From assembly GCA_964187785.1 (NCBI GenBank), contig OZ076409.1:14138001-14202000 (forward strand): 64,000 nucleotides of DNA. Direction: 5' to 3'. Each line of letters begins with the position of its first letter. Position 1 is the first letter of the stretch. The notes beneath the pieces were generated by a model. That model saw nothing but the letters and a program-made list of their open reading frames with translations, did not search any database and was not told where the DNA came from. Source of the DNA: Amphiscolops sp. MND2022 (Eukaryota). Positions 38,901-50,419 of the stretch are shown piece after piece. The position numbers were made by a program, and so were the translations under genes.

Positions 38901-40394
38901 ACTCATTTGGGTACACGTGTAGCTGTAAGTTTGTATGTTTGAATATGGTTAAAAATTAGGTTATGTGGGGGCGTATGGAGCTAAAGTACAGCGTGTAAAG
39001 TTTGGTGTGTAACTCTTTGGTGTTGTGTTTTAGTGGTGAAGCACTGCCCTAGTTTGTGTAGACGTGGACGCGATTATGGCATTGTCTCGGAACGGGAACT
39101 GGCTCACTTTTTGCGTGGACTAATGAAGTTTATCTATCCGGCTCACAGTATTCCAGCGGAGTACGATATCGCTGCCCTGTTGAAAAATGTGAACCGGGAG
39201 TATGCAAACGTTGACTCTAACATGTATAGATTACATTTCTGGCAGTATTTCCGTTTCGACATCAGCACTCAACTGCCTTTCTTTTACAAATCTGTCCAGA
39301 AAATGTTAGTCGGTATATGTCGCGGATTGAGCGGATTGTGGCAGCGTACGTGGCCCCAGCATTTGAGCTTGACTCCATTTGATCCGGTTCTTATTCATAG
39401 CGGGTCGGATGATCGCTGTGTCGACTCCTTAGTAGCAACTTGTGCTGTGTTGACTGCTCATGGGCTTGTGGGGCTAGATGATGGCAGAGTAGTCCAGCAA
39501 CAGTATCGCGAAGTCACCCAATTTTTCAAGAGACGCTGGGCCTTTACTACGGAAGAACTACCAGTGGTGGAGGACATTTTCGCATTGTGGATGTCATATC
39601 CTCACTGGGAGCGGTGTGAACAGTTGCGGCAGGTCATCGATCTGGCTTTCAGTGCAGTGGCCACTAGTTCGTACCGGGCGGATTTTGTGGATGACGTCGA
39701 CGGAGCTTTGGATCCTGATGAACTGGCTTCAAGTGTGCATTTCGTCCGGAGTTGGTTCAGTCAGTCTTTTGTGGGAAAATCGCGTAACCAACTACGTGGT
39801 TTGTTGCGTGTCATTGAGACAACCGACATGCAAGTGTCTCGTTTGAACGATAGCGTTCGCGCTAAACCGTGGGATCAACTTCTCAAAGTCGGACTGGATC
39901 AAACGTTGTCCTTGTGTGTGTCCATGTTGGACAATGGTCCTGATACCGCAGTCGTTCCGGTGGTGGATGAGTATCGTTCGACAGTACTTGCGCAGTTGAA
40001 TGTTATTGCGGTAATGGCAACGAGCCCTACTCGTGTAGCGACGGGTCCTAAAGCGATGCCATCCAGTAGAGACGCGAAATCCAAGCGGCCCCGCAGTCAG
40101 TCTGATGTGAAATTGAAGACTCCCAAGAAGACGCCTAACGCGGCTACGGTTGGAACCTCTAAATCTACAGAGCGAACGAGGAGCGTCGTGGTCAGTCGGC
40201 GAGGTCATAGCGCAGCGGTGAAGTCTGGAAAAGGACGGCGGACTGGCGTGAAACCGCATGCATCTAAGAGACTTGTATTATCTACGGCGGCAAGTGAGGC
40301 TTCAGATCATGGTAGTCAATCGTCCAGTGACGATGTGCCACTGTCTACTACTAAGCGGATGAAGCAGGTCATCCGTGATTCATCGGATGAATAG
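35908..40394 (+). pseudogene. Antisense 8-exon cargo gene inside the Gypsy element; ~1129 aa after correcting two lesions; BED-like zinc finger plus degenerate hAT-transposase-like body
   Basis: Exons 35908-36148, 36401-36529, 36693-37084, 37223-37785, 37947-38078, 38159-38556, 38658-38868, 39034-40394. All 7 introns are GT-AG (80-252 nt) with matching phases (1,1,1,0,0,0,1). Requires +1 C in the C5 run at 36918-36922 and removal of a 38-bp duplication. C-x2-C-x16-H-x5-H at 37333-37413. Start codon uncertain. Confidence 0.8.
38253..38328 (+). repeat. Perfect 38-bp tandem duplication that frameshifts exon 6 of the cargo gene
   Basis: CGTGTCTCAAAGACAGAACTCAATTGAAGACGATTGCG at 38253 and 38291. 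Confidence 0.95.
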
Positions 40395-42545
40395 TTGTGA
40401 ACTAAACATACTGTTGAGCTTGTATTTGGCAGTTTGTCGCTTGCTGAAATGATTTGTACCACTTTGAATGTTTTGCTTCTGAACGTGTAGTTTGTATATA
40501 AATATTTTTTTGTTGATTTATCGCGGGAGCGGTTTTAGATGTATCGGAAGTCACAAGATGCTAGTTGCGTTACCCGGTAACCTCCTTTTCTACTTGTTGG
40601 ACTTGCGGTTATTTTACATGTTTTAGAACGTTGAGCTTGTTTTTCAGTTTTCATTTTGATGATTTTTGTTCCATTCTGCATACCTGTTGTGTTGTTCTTT
40701 CTTCATGATTTGTAGTATTCAGTTGTTGTTGGTCCATGACCTTTGACTAGGTTTTGTTTTACTTCCAGTGCCCTTATTACAGTTGAATTCACATGTTGCC
40801 TACGTTATACAAATTTTTTACCCTAATTTGCATGTAAACTTAGATAGCTGGTCTCAAAATGTTGGAGCGATAGGCTCAGCTTTGCAAGTCATTCAAGTTC
40901 TAGTAGAGTAGTCGCCTAGGTAACTACCCTTGAAAAGCTCTCACTCACCAAGTGCCAACCTCGTGTCAGCATTGTTCATGATTATAGCTTACATATGACA
41001 GAGGTGGAAACTTGGTGGGTGGGTGGAGTCGCTCAACTCCTACAGATGATTTGAACTTTTGAGTAGCTGCTTTTATAGTGCTCTAGTTGGTTGTTTGACA
41101 GGTGTTTACTAACTTAGGTGTCATTCTAATCTGTCAGTTCATGTTGAGTTTTACATAAATTTATTTCTCATGTAGCGTTATTCTTGACGTCGTCATCGTT
41201 GATGTGTGTCATGCGACGTCATCACTCGTGTCGTGTGTCAAGTGTTAATGTCAATCTTAATGGTAGATGGGTTTCCCCATAGCCATTAAACTTTTTGACA
41301 AGGGGTGGTGAGTTCCATCCCTTGTTACGAATCTTCGGTGATGTAGTGAATAAGACTGCATGTTTTTTGTTGTTCTGTCCTTCCCCCCGTGAGGCGAGGC
41401 CTACGAATCAACAGTAAGAACGAAAGTGTCATGACCTGAATTCGATGTAGAGGTGACGACTGCATTTTACTGTCCTAGGAAAAGTTTTATATGTTGTTCA
41501 TTGGATTGAGAAGGTTATTTGCCGTCGCAAAAACCCATACAAAACTAACACCGAATCCACTTGCTAAAGAGCAAGCTTCATCTGAATGTTTGTACAACCA
41601 CACAGACGCGCATTTGACGACGCACCCACACAGCCGAACCACATCATGATTTCCTGGGCGGAAGTGCGGGACTAGATTTTGGCGGCGTAACTTAACTAAG
41701 GCAGCTATCTTTTTTGCATGTTCAGTTGTGTGCTGTTACTTTTGCTAAAATGGTTTATTACTGTCGTCGTAAGGTTGGTAAGTACAGAATTGCAAAGCAA
41801 TTCCTTTGAAAGCGTGTGGTTGGGGTTTTCTGTGAATTGCATAAATTAGTAGCTCGTTTGCGTGTGTTTTACATGTACTTAATAATTTCCGGTTAACGTG
41901 ATGTGGTGTGTATGACTGCATTGCATGTATTTACTTTTGCGCTCAGCTGTCTCGGTAGAGAGTAACAGTATACTCTGCCGGTAAACTCAAGTATGTCGGA
42001 CAGTGAGTATCAGTCGTCACTGAATGGCCTAAAGTAATCCAAATAAATTAAAGGTATGATTGATGCATGTGGTGATGTCGACTACATTCAATTAATTGCA
42101 TGTATATTTTTTCTTTATTTATGGTGAAAATGACGTGGTTTGTGTGGCAGCGTTAGGTGTTTCTTTTCGTTCGTACTGTTGGTGGAATAGAGTGAGACGT
42201 TAAATAACGCGTAGCGACGCAGTGTGTGGAACTGCGTTACGACTGTCTCGTCTGTCGTTCGTTAGCCGGTTAAGGGCGGAAATATGCTCTGGCCGGTAAT
42301 TTTGAAAATTGATGACAGTGAGTGTTAGACGTTATTTATGGTATCATTCAGTATTGTTTTTCTTCGTGTCTACTTGATTTAATTTACATGTATGTGTTAC
42401 GAGATTCTCTCTTTTTTGTTTTTAGGAGAGAGTGTAGGACACTCCCATTTAATTTTTGCATGTGATATCACTTCTCGTACCGATACGAGGCGAAGCCTAC
42501 GAGTTGTCAGCAGGAGGGAACACAGATTTTATGTTTGCATGCGTT

Positions 42546-45500
42546 TTAGTCGGCGGATCTGTCTTGCATGAATTTTAGCAGAGCCGGTTTGACTCGGAGT
42601 TCGTGGACTAAGAAGTCTTGGTAGGTTTTCGGTTGCGGTTCGGTTCGGAGGTTGTACCGTGTTGCGTTGTTACGCGACGTTGTGTGGTCATGCTCATTAT
42701 GAACTGCCGTTGTATGTTCAGTCACAGATTCGCTTGTTTCAGTATCAGATTCGTTGTTGGTGTCGTGATGAACAACTGAATTGTCAGGCGGTTGCTCGCA
42801 GGTTTCAGGTGAGCTCTCCGGAATTGGTTGCATCAGCGTATGATCGTTCAATTTCCGTACATGCTCATAATAGATAAGGCCGTGTTCATTATTGATTTCT
42901 TCTTGATCGATTGTTTCCGGTGCCGGTTCTGCATACAAATGCTGAGGCATGTGGTCATTGAAGAACACTTGATCATCGGCCGCATCGGGGTCAGCGAACA
43001 AGCGGTTTGAGTCTTCTTCAATGTCCGGTATTGGTGCGTTCCGAGTGAAAGGACGTAGTCGCATCCTATGCACGCACTGTGTTCGGAAGGTTCCGACCTT
43101 CCTGATTATGTAGTTAAAGTTTGTCAGTACTTTAATTACTTTGAAGGGACCTTCCCATTTGAAGTCATTGAAGTTAATCTTGTCGGACTGCGTTGTGAGT
43201 TTAGGATTAAGCAGAAATGTGTAATCGTTGACCTTTAATGGTAACGCTTGGGCTTTACGGTCGTAGTACCTTTTGTACTTGTGGTATGCTTGCAGTATGT
43301 TATCATTGACTTGTTGGTATTTGTCGTTCACCTGGTCAACTAAACTTGTTATATCAGTTTCCGTGGTTTCACATTTCAGAGGGTTACCGAATTTGAGGTC
43401 TAACGCGTTGAACGGAACTCTGCCGTGGAAAACTTCGCTCGGAGTGCACTTGAGTGATTGATGGTAGGTTGTGTTATGAGCCATTACTGCAAGATTAACG
43501 TACCTGTCCCATTGGGGGGAGTCGACGGAAATGTTAATCTTCAGAATCTGTTTCAGCCTTTGGTGGGAACGCTCCACCATCCCTATGGTTTGGGCATGCT
43601 TTACAGTAGCGTGGTCGATTTTGATTCCGGCAGTTTTCATGATTTCGGTCATGATGTTGGATGTGAAAGCCGTGCCTTTGTCGGTGATAATTGTCTTCGT
43701 GACGTAGGCGTGTTGGGTGAATATTTGCATGCGCGCTTTTACAACCGATTTAGTGTCTGGTTTCCGTATCGGCACAGCGAACAAATACCGTGAGAAGTAG
43801 TCGCACGCCGTCAGGATGTGCGTATATCCGTTTGAGTTAGGTAGTTCACCTACTAAATTGATTTCCAGTACGTCTTCCGGACCGTTACAGGGGTCGTAGA
43901 TTTTTTCTAGAGGAGGCGTTAGTCGTTTTGGGTTAACAGGTTTTGCTTTGATGCACTCAATACAGTTACTTACGTACTTTGAAACGTGTTCACTCAGGCT
44001 TGGTATGTAGTAACGCTTGCGGAGTTCTACCAACATTTTTGATGCCCCAGGGTGTCCCTGCATGGGGTCGCCATGCATTGTCCTGATTATGGGCATGGTA
44101 GTTTCTGGAGGTACTACGATTTGTTTAAGTAGAATTCCGCCAGTGTTATCAAAAAAGTTCCTGTACAGTACCTTGTTGACTACTTCAAGTCTTTTTTTGT
44201 TTTTTACCAGTTTTTGAAAAAAGGAGCTGGTAAAGTTAACGTGGTTTGGTAGTGGTTCGTTGTTCACTAAAACGCGAACCATTTTTTGGACGTCTTGGTT
44301 ACCTAACTGATCTTGGACGATTTGTGAATCCCCTTGCGGGCATACCTGATTTACCGAGTTAAGGTGGTGACGTCAGGTAAACCTCGTCAGTATGATGGAA
44401 GGGGTGTCTCCTGCCAGAAAGGGTTCAAGGTGTCGGCTGATGATCTGAATCATCTTGAGACGTTCGTCGTCATGTGTTTGAAGGTTGTTCGCCATTGAGT
44501 TTAGCAGAGTTCGCATCTTGGTGAAGTCGTCTGCTGGACCGGTGGTTTCAGACTGATGTGTAGTAGCTGTCGCTGCATCGGGTTGCTGTCGGTCTGGGTC
44601 GTAGTCTTCTTCGTCCTCGTCCTGTTTTGGGGTTTTGGCCGCAAGATCTATTTCGATGTGGTGGACTGGAATCTGGTCATTCAATTTCAAGTGAATTCTG
44701 TCTTCAGGATTAATGTCTAGTCGAGACAGGTAATCTGCAGCTGGGTTCTCGACTCCAGGGACGTGGGCGAGAACAAAGTCAAATTGAAGTGCTTGGTCAC
44801 AATGGTTCCATAGTTTGGGTGGTATTCGTTTCGACTGGAAGAAGCGGGTCAAAGCCTTGTTGTCTGTCATCACAATTGTGGGTTTTTTGACACCCCACAG
44901 TATGTGAGCAAATTCGTCGAAGGCGAAGTGCATTGCGAGGAATTCTTTAGCATACATGGTCAATGACATTTGACCTTCCGTGAATCGTTGCGAGCCGAAT
45001 GCTACAGGGGCGTACGTCTTCTTCTGTCGATCATTGGCTTCGGTGTAGTTCTCAATGAGGAGCACGTACCCTGCTGCGTGTTCACTCGCATCACACATGA
45101 TGACCAGTTGTTTGTCTGGTAGTGGTAGTCGCAGAGATAGTTTTGCAGCTCGTGCCAGGTTCTGATTAATATCAAAAATTGCGTCCTTGTGAACCTGCGC
45201 CAGGGTGAACTTGATGTCTTTCTGTAGTAGTTTGTACAGGGGTACCAGCTTTTCTGCCAACATCGGTATGTACTGTCTGTAGAAATGTACAAATCCGATG
45301 TAGCGTTGTAGTGATTTGACTGACGTTGGTTTTTTCAGGTTGTTGAGGAATTTGTCGATCTTGTCCTCAAGTGGCGCAATCCCTTTGTTAGTGATGCTTC
45401 TACCCAAGAACTCGATCTTTGGGTGACCAAAGGCGCATTTAGACATCGACAGCTTTAGACCTGCCTTCTGAATCTGCTGGAAAACTGCTTCGATGTTGAT

Positions 45501-47243
45501 TATCAGTTCGTCCACATTGTTGGCAGCGATCCCAATATCGTCGACGTATTGGGCACATTTGTCTGCTTTTACTAGTGCATCTAAGTACTCTCGAATTGTA
45601 CTGTTGAACGCAGACAAAGACCTATTCAACCCTTGCGCGAGTCGGAGGTAAGCAAAAGTTCTGCTGCCAAAATTGAATGCCAGAAGTTGTATTGATTGTT
45701 CGTCGGCCATTTGGAGGCAGTGGTAAGCTTGCGAACAGTCAAGCTTGCAAAAGTACCATTTGCCAGCCATATGCTGGGCTGCATCGGCAATGGTCGTTAC
45801 TGGGTGGTTGTGGTTGTTGTAGTCATTTTTGAGGAGGTGGTTGATCCGCCTCAAGTCGACTAATATCCGAAGTTTCCCGTTAGGTTTTCGTTGTGCAAAA
45901 ATTGGAGAGGAATATTTGCTGTATGGTAACGTTGTGATGATCCCGTACTCCTGCATCAGTGCGAGTTCGACCAGCAGATCATCTTTCAGATTGGTTGGAG
46001 TAGGTAGACTCTGGGCGTACACGGGATCATCGTGTTTGGGGGCCAGCTTGATCTTGAAATCGGTGTTGATGCCGATATCAAGACGATGTCTAGCAAATAT
46101 CGTGTGGTATTTGACGAGCAGTTCTTCGATCCTCTGTTGCTCGTGCTCAGTGAGGATCGAGTCGTCCCAGCTGAAACTTTTGAGGAACGTTTGGCGTTGT
46201 TCGTCATCGCATGTCGGGTTGAGTTTTTCAGCTTCTCGGAGTTTGATGAGTTCGTCGTAGATACGTCTTTCTATTTCATTTAGGTTGTCAGGATCGTCAC
46301 ATGTTTCGGGCGTCGGGTACCATCGTTTATCATTTGTGGCGCTGGGATCCTGGAACAATTGGTTGATCACATTAGCCGCTTCATCAGGGAATTTAGTGAT
46401 CAACGCCAGCTGCTCGTTGGTCATTGGCTGGATTTTTCTGGCTTGGTTTGGCGTAAGTATTCGGAAGACTGCGATTGTGCTGTTCTGAGGTATTGTAACT
46501 GCGTGGTCCATGTGGTTGGTAATTTGGACGTGTGTCTGTTGGTTCTTGATTTCAGACATTGATGGTGACACTAGCAATTCGGTTTTTCGTTCAAAAGCTG
46601 GGAACGCCTCTATTGTGCCTGTCACTATTCCAATGTTCTTGTCTGTTGTAACAGTCACAAAGATTTGTTGTCCCGGCGAGATGGTTGTTTTTTGGGTTGT
46701 TCTGAGTTCCAACATCTGCAGTTTGAGTTTCCCGTTTGGCGGTTTTAGTTGGAGGGTTATTTCTGGGAATCGCACAATGTTCTTTGCAAGGTCTAGCGTG
46801 ACAGAATATTTTTTAAAGAAGGACATTCCGATGAGGATGTTTCCCATTGTTGGTAGGATCATGAAAGTCTCTTCGAATATTTTTCCCCCAATGAAAAATC
46901 GAAGAAGCACTTGTTTTCTCACCGGAACGATGTTTCCGTTGGCTATTTGGACTTTGAAGTCCGGTGCTGGATATTCTTCCAACTGGGCTGCTGGGTGGGC
47001 TTGTAGGTTTCGACGTAGCTCGTTCTCAGACATCGCGCTCTGGATTGCTCCAGTGTCCAGTAGCCCTTGATTTTCATACTCACGGAATTGAAGAGGGACG
47101 TAGAGCATCTTGTTTCTTCTGTCTAACTGGAGTGTAGCGCTTAATGGTCTGATGTTTGTTGGCTTCGATTGGTGCTCCTGTTTGGTATTGTCATCCAGTT
47201 CGTTCGGCCTTTGGCCGGGTTGACACTCTCTCGTTGGTGTGGT
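42546..47243 (-). pseudogene. pol: Gypsy pol: protease, RT, RNase H, integrase; in-frame TGA at 44373-44375
   Basis: LLDTGA (PR), YVDD (RT), CDAS/KEF/TDN/ADYLSR (RNase H), H..H..CIEC zinc motif, ITDKG and VERSH (IN), GPF motif. ORFs 44373-47108 and 42546-44282 are in the same frame across one stop. The first integrase Asp appears as Asn (EINLVG). Confidence 0.95.
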
Positions 47244-47484
47244 CTAGCTGCGGTCTCTTTCGGAATGCAGCCCTTTGTTGTACAATTGGGGTTGTCGTCT
47301 ATGAGAGGGAGTATGTGGTAGTTGTTCGTCGAGACTTTGCGTACATAGTATTTCGTTGATGATTTAGTCTGTTTGTCAGGACGCTGCCAACATCCTGTCG
47401 TTGTAGTTTTCGAGTAGTAGTGAGTTTGAGTTGGTTTTTTGGTGCGCGCACTTTCTGTTTGGTTGGACTGAGGATGACGTGGCA

Positions 47485-49074
47485 TTACAAGTTTTTTGAA
47501 TTCGTGTCGTATTCATCGTTGTAATCCATGTCGTAGCAGTCGTTGGTTTCTTCTGGTTGGGTGGTCTGGCTTGTCGCTTGCGTGACTTGGTAGGTCGGTT
47601 GGTAGTTGTTTTGTGACTGTTTGAATTCACGGCGGAATTCTCGGTTTTCATTGGTGGATTGCTTGTCATATGGTACATTTCGGTAAGCCGATGCACCTGG
47701 TACCCTGTCTCTGCAATCCCGTGCTGAATGTCCGATCTTGCCACAAATTTGGCATACTAATTTGGAGTTGTATCGTGGTTTTTCGGTTTCTTGTTGTTGG
47801 GCATTGTTGTTTCCAGATTGGGGACGTTGTTGTGATTTCTTCGTAATTCCGTTGGCTTCGTCCCTGAGGCGTTTACGGCATTCGATCCACTTGTGGCCCA
47901 GTATGTTGCAGTATCTGCAATTTCCTTCGAATCTTCGTTTGACTTCTCTTGTTGGGTTCTTCTCGGTGTTGTTCGGGTTGTGGGCTGGCTGAGCGTTGTT
48001 TTGCTTTGGTTGGTAGTTGTAGACCTGGTTAAGTGGGTGCATATCTGAGGTGCCGGGGAGCAATTGTGCATATTGGCAACGGTGTTGTACAAACGTCTTG
48101 ATTTCTTCGACCTTGGCATCGTGTTTGCCTGCCATGGCAAGTTCATTCTGAATCTGGATTGGTAGTTTGGCAAACAAGAATGTTTCGGCTATGTCATTGG
48201 CTTTATCTCCGTATGCTTGTTTGGCAAGTTTCTTGTATCTAGTTAGGAAATCGGCAAATGATTCCTTTGTGGGGTCATACCTCATCTGATCGAATTTGTA
48301 CTTCGATACCTCTTTGAGGTCTTCCTTCGCATACTCCTTGGTGAAAGCTTGCAGTACGTCTTGGAGTGTCGTTTCTGTCGTGATTTTTAGTGTCTGTTAG
48401 AATTCTATGGCCTCGTCTCTGAGCAGGCTTTGAAAATAGTTTAGCTTCTGCTCTTCTGTTAATTTGTTCATGTGTGGGCGGAGGTGGTTCTTCAGTAGGT
48501 GTTCGAATTCGTTGTACTTCTCTCGGTTTCCGCGGAAGAGAGGTACTTGAGTTTGGAGGATTTTGGGCTGTATTACTCCGTCGGTCATTGTTGTTCGTAG
48601 GTTGTGTATTTCGGTCAATACATCATCCATCTGAGGTTCGTTGGTGGGTGGTGCACGATCTCTGTTTTGGTGAGTTGCAGGGGTTGGGAGGGTCCTGCGT
48701 GGCTGTTGGATATTTGGAGTCGGATTTGGGTTCGTGGAGACTCCTGTCACCATGTCAGAACCAGTCACGTTCGTGTTAACAACGGTGTTGAGTCCGCTAC
48801 CTTCGATCGCCGGTGATGATATTTTCTCAGTAATGGCTAACACAATGTTTGTTAATTCACTGATTTGTTTATTCATCTCCATGAAACGTTGATCAACGGA
48901 ATTTAAACTGGAATTTTGTCTAACATTGATTAAATCCCCATTCTCGAATTCATTTATCTGGTTTCTAGATAACGTGTTAGGGAAACTATATTCGCTTTCG
49001 TTGTCACTATTTTGTTCCATTCCGCTAGAACACGCAGCATAACTATCTACGTTTTGAGATCTAGTATTGACCAT
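47485..49074 (-). pseudogene. gag: Gypsy gag with two CCHC zinc knuckles; in-frame TAA at 48397-48399
   Basis: ORFs 48397-49074 and 47485-48285 are in frame across one stop; CRYCNILGHKWIEC and CQICGKIGHSARDC. Confidence 0.92.
48740..48752 (-). promoter_or_regulatory. Primer binding site, tRNA-Leu-like
   Basis: Minus strand TGGTGACAGGAGT directly after the 5' LTR; resembles the complement of the metazoan tRNA-Leu 3' end (ACTCCTGACACCA) with one mismatch. Confidence 0.75.
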
Positions 49075-49685
49075 CTTTGAACCTTCGAAAGGAATTGTTG
49101 TTTTAAAGGTTTATTGATTTTAATTGAAAATATGAATAATCAAGTTTTGACTAAATCAATGAGGTAAGCAACACTACGTTAGGCTGTGTAAAACTTCGTA
49201 CTGATGGTACTTCAACTCTTGTCGCAATTTTTACTGCAGTTGGTCACGTGACTGCATTGACCAATAGTATTGCGCTATTGATTAGGTTTTAATTGGTGCG
49301 TCCTGCTGGTAGCAACGTAAATGGTGTTTTGTGCAAAAGGTAGCACCAATATGTTACCATGGTTACATGAATCATCTATCACTTGCGTTGGTTGATACAA
49401 ATTGCGTCTATGATGGTGCACTACCAACGTTATATATGATACTACATTTTGCTGATGAAATTAAATATGGTGAAAGCACTTGTACGTAGCGTGTTATGAG
49501 TAAATGATGTCAACGTTTACAATTCGTTTTTTATTTTAGAAAGTAATAATAATGATGGGATAGGCCCGGCATTGTTCGATGGTAATTCATGGTTATTGAA
49601 ATATCAAGGGTATTACAATTAACTGAGTTTTTTTTAAATGTTTAGAGTGTTCTTTATCAGTTTCATTCATGCTTCCGGCATGACA
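48753..49685 (-). repeat. 5' LTR (933 bp)
   Basis: Direct repeat of 33944-34877, followed by the TSD AGTAT. Confidence 0.97.
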
Positions 49686-50419
49686 AGTATAGCTTAGGCT
49701 GCATACAAGAGAGATTTTACAAACTTTGAGACACGTTAGATCTACTTTTTAACTTCGGGAAACGCGTTTTTCTTCAAAGAACAGAAATATGAGTTACCTC
49801 TCCATTTTATTCCACATGACGTTATCTGTAGTTGCTGCTTGCTGTGTTGTTTGTCATACCGTTCACCATTCCCTGTTTGTTTTCCGGTATTTTCTCCATT
49901 TCGAATGAACTGTGTGTTTTGTACGCTCAACAACCAGACTCATGTCACATCAACTAACTTCAAAAAAGCAGCTTTTTGTCACAACCACAAAAGTTTTGTT
50001 ATCCATTATAAACGCTGCAGATAATGAAGATAATGAAGATTCAGACTAGTTCTCATTGCGCCTCCGAAAAAGGAGGATTTTTACGATGAAGATTGCAATA
50101 TGAAACATACTTTTTTTGTACAAAATTCTGTTTTTCTTGAAAGTATTCAACCAATCAAAACAATAATCATTCCCGAAGAATGTTAGGTATTGCTTTGTGG
50201 GACAGAAAAAAATATTTCACCTTCGAATAGAAATCGAAAATACCCATTCAGGGCAGAGTCTCTCTAGTCAGCACCTTTGACTCAAGAAAATCTCTGTTTT
50301 TGATGGAGTTTTTACAATTGTGAGTTTTTCCAAAGTAAAAAAGAATTGATCTTACTCCATTATATAGAGTTACTCAGCATGGTTACGTGCATAGAAGGTT
50401 TCTACGTTTTCTCCAGCTA

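Larger units (their letters stand above)
33944..49685 (-). mobile_element. Full-length Ty3/Gypsy LTR retrotransposon, 15742 bp, with antisense cargo gene
   Basis: Two TG...CA LTRs, TSD AGTAT (33939-33943 and 49686-49690), PBS, PPT, gag and pol in PR-RT-RH-IN order. Confidence 0.97.

Noticed and set aside
44373..44375. Programmed stop read-through between RNase H and integrase, and at gag 48397
   Set aside because: More simply explained as post-insertion nonsense mutations (probably CGA>TGA and TGG>TAA); other decay such as the integrase D>N is present. A family consensus would be needed to revive the idea.
43458..47070. Plus-strand ORFs of 100-186 aa opposite pol
   Set aside because: Antisense shadows of the pol reading frame without independent motifs.
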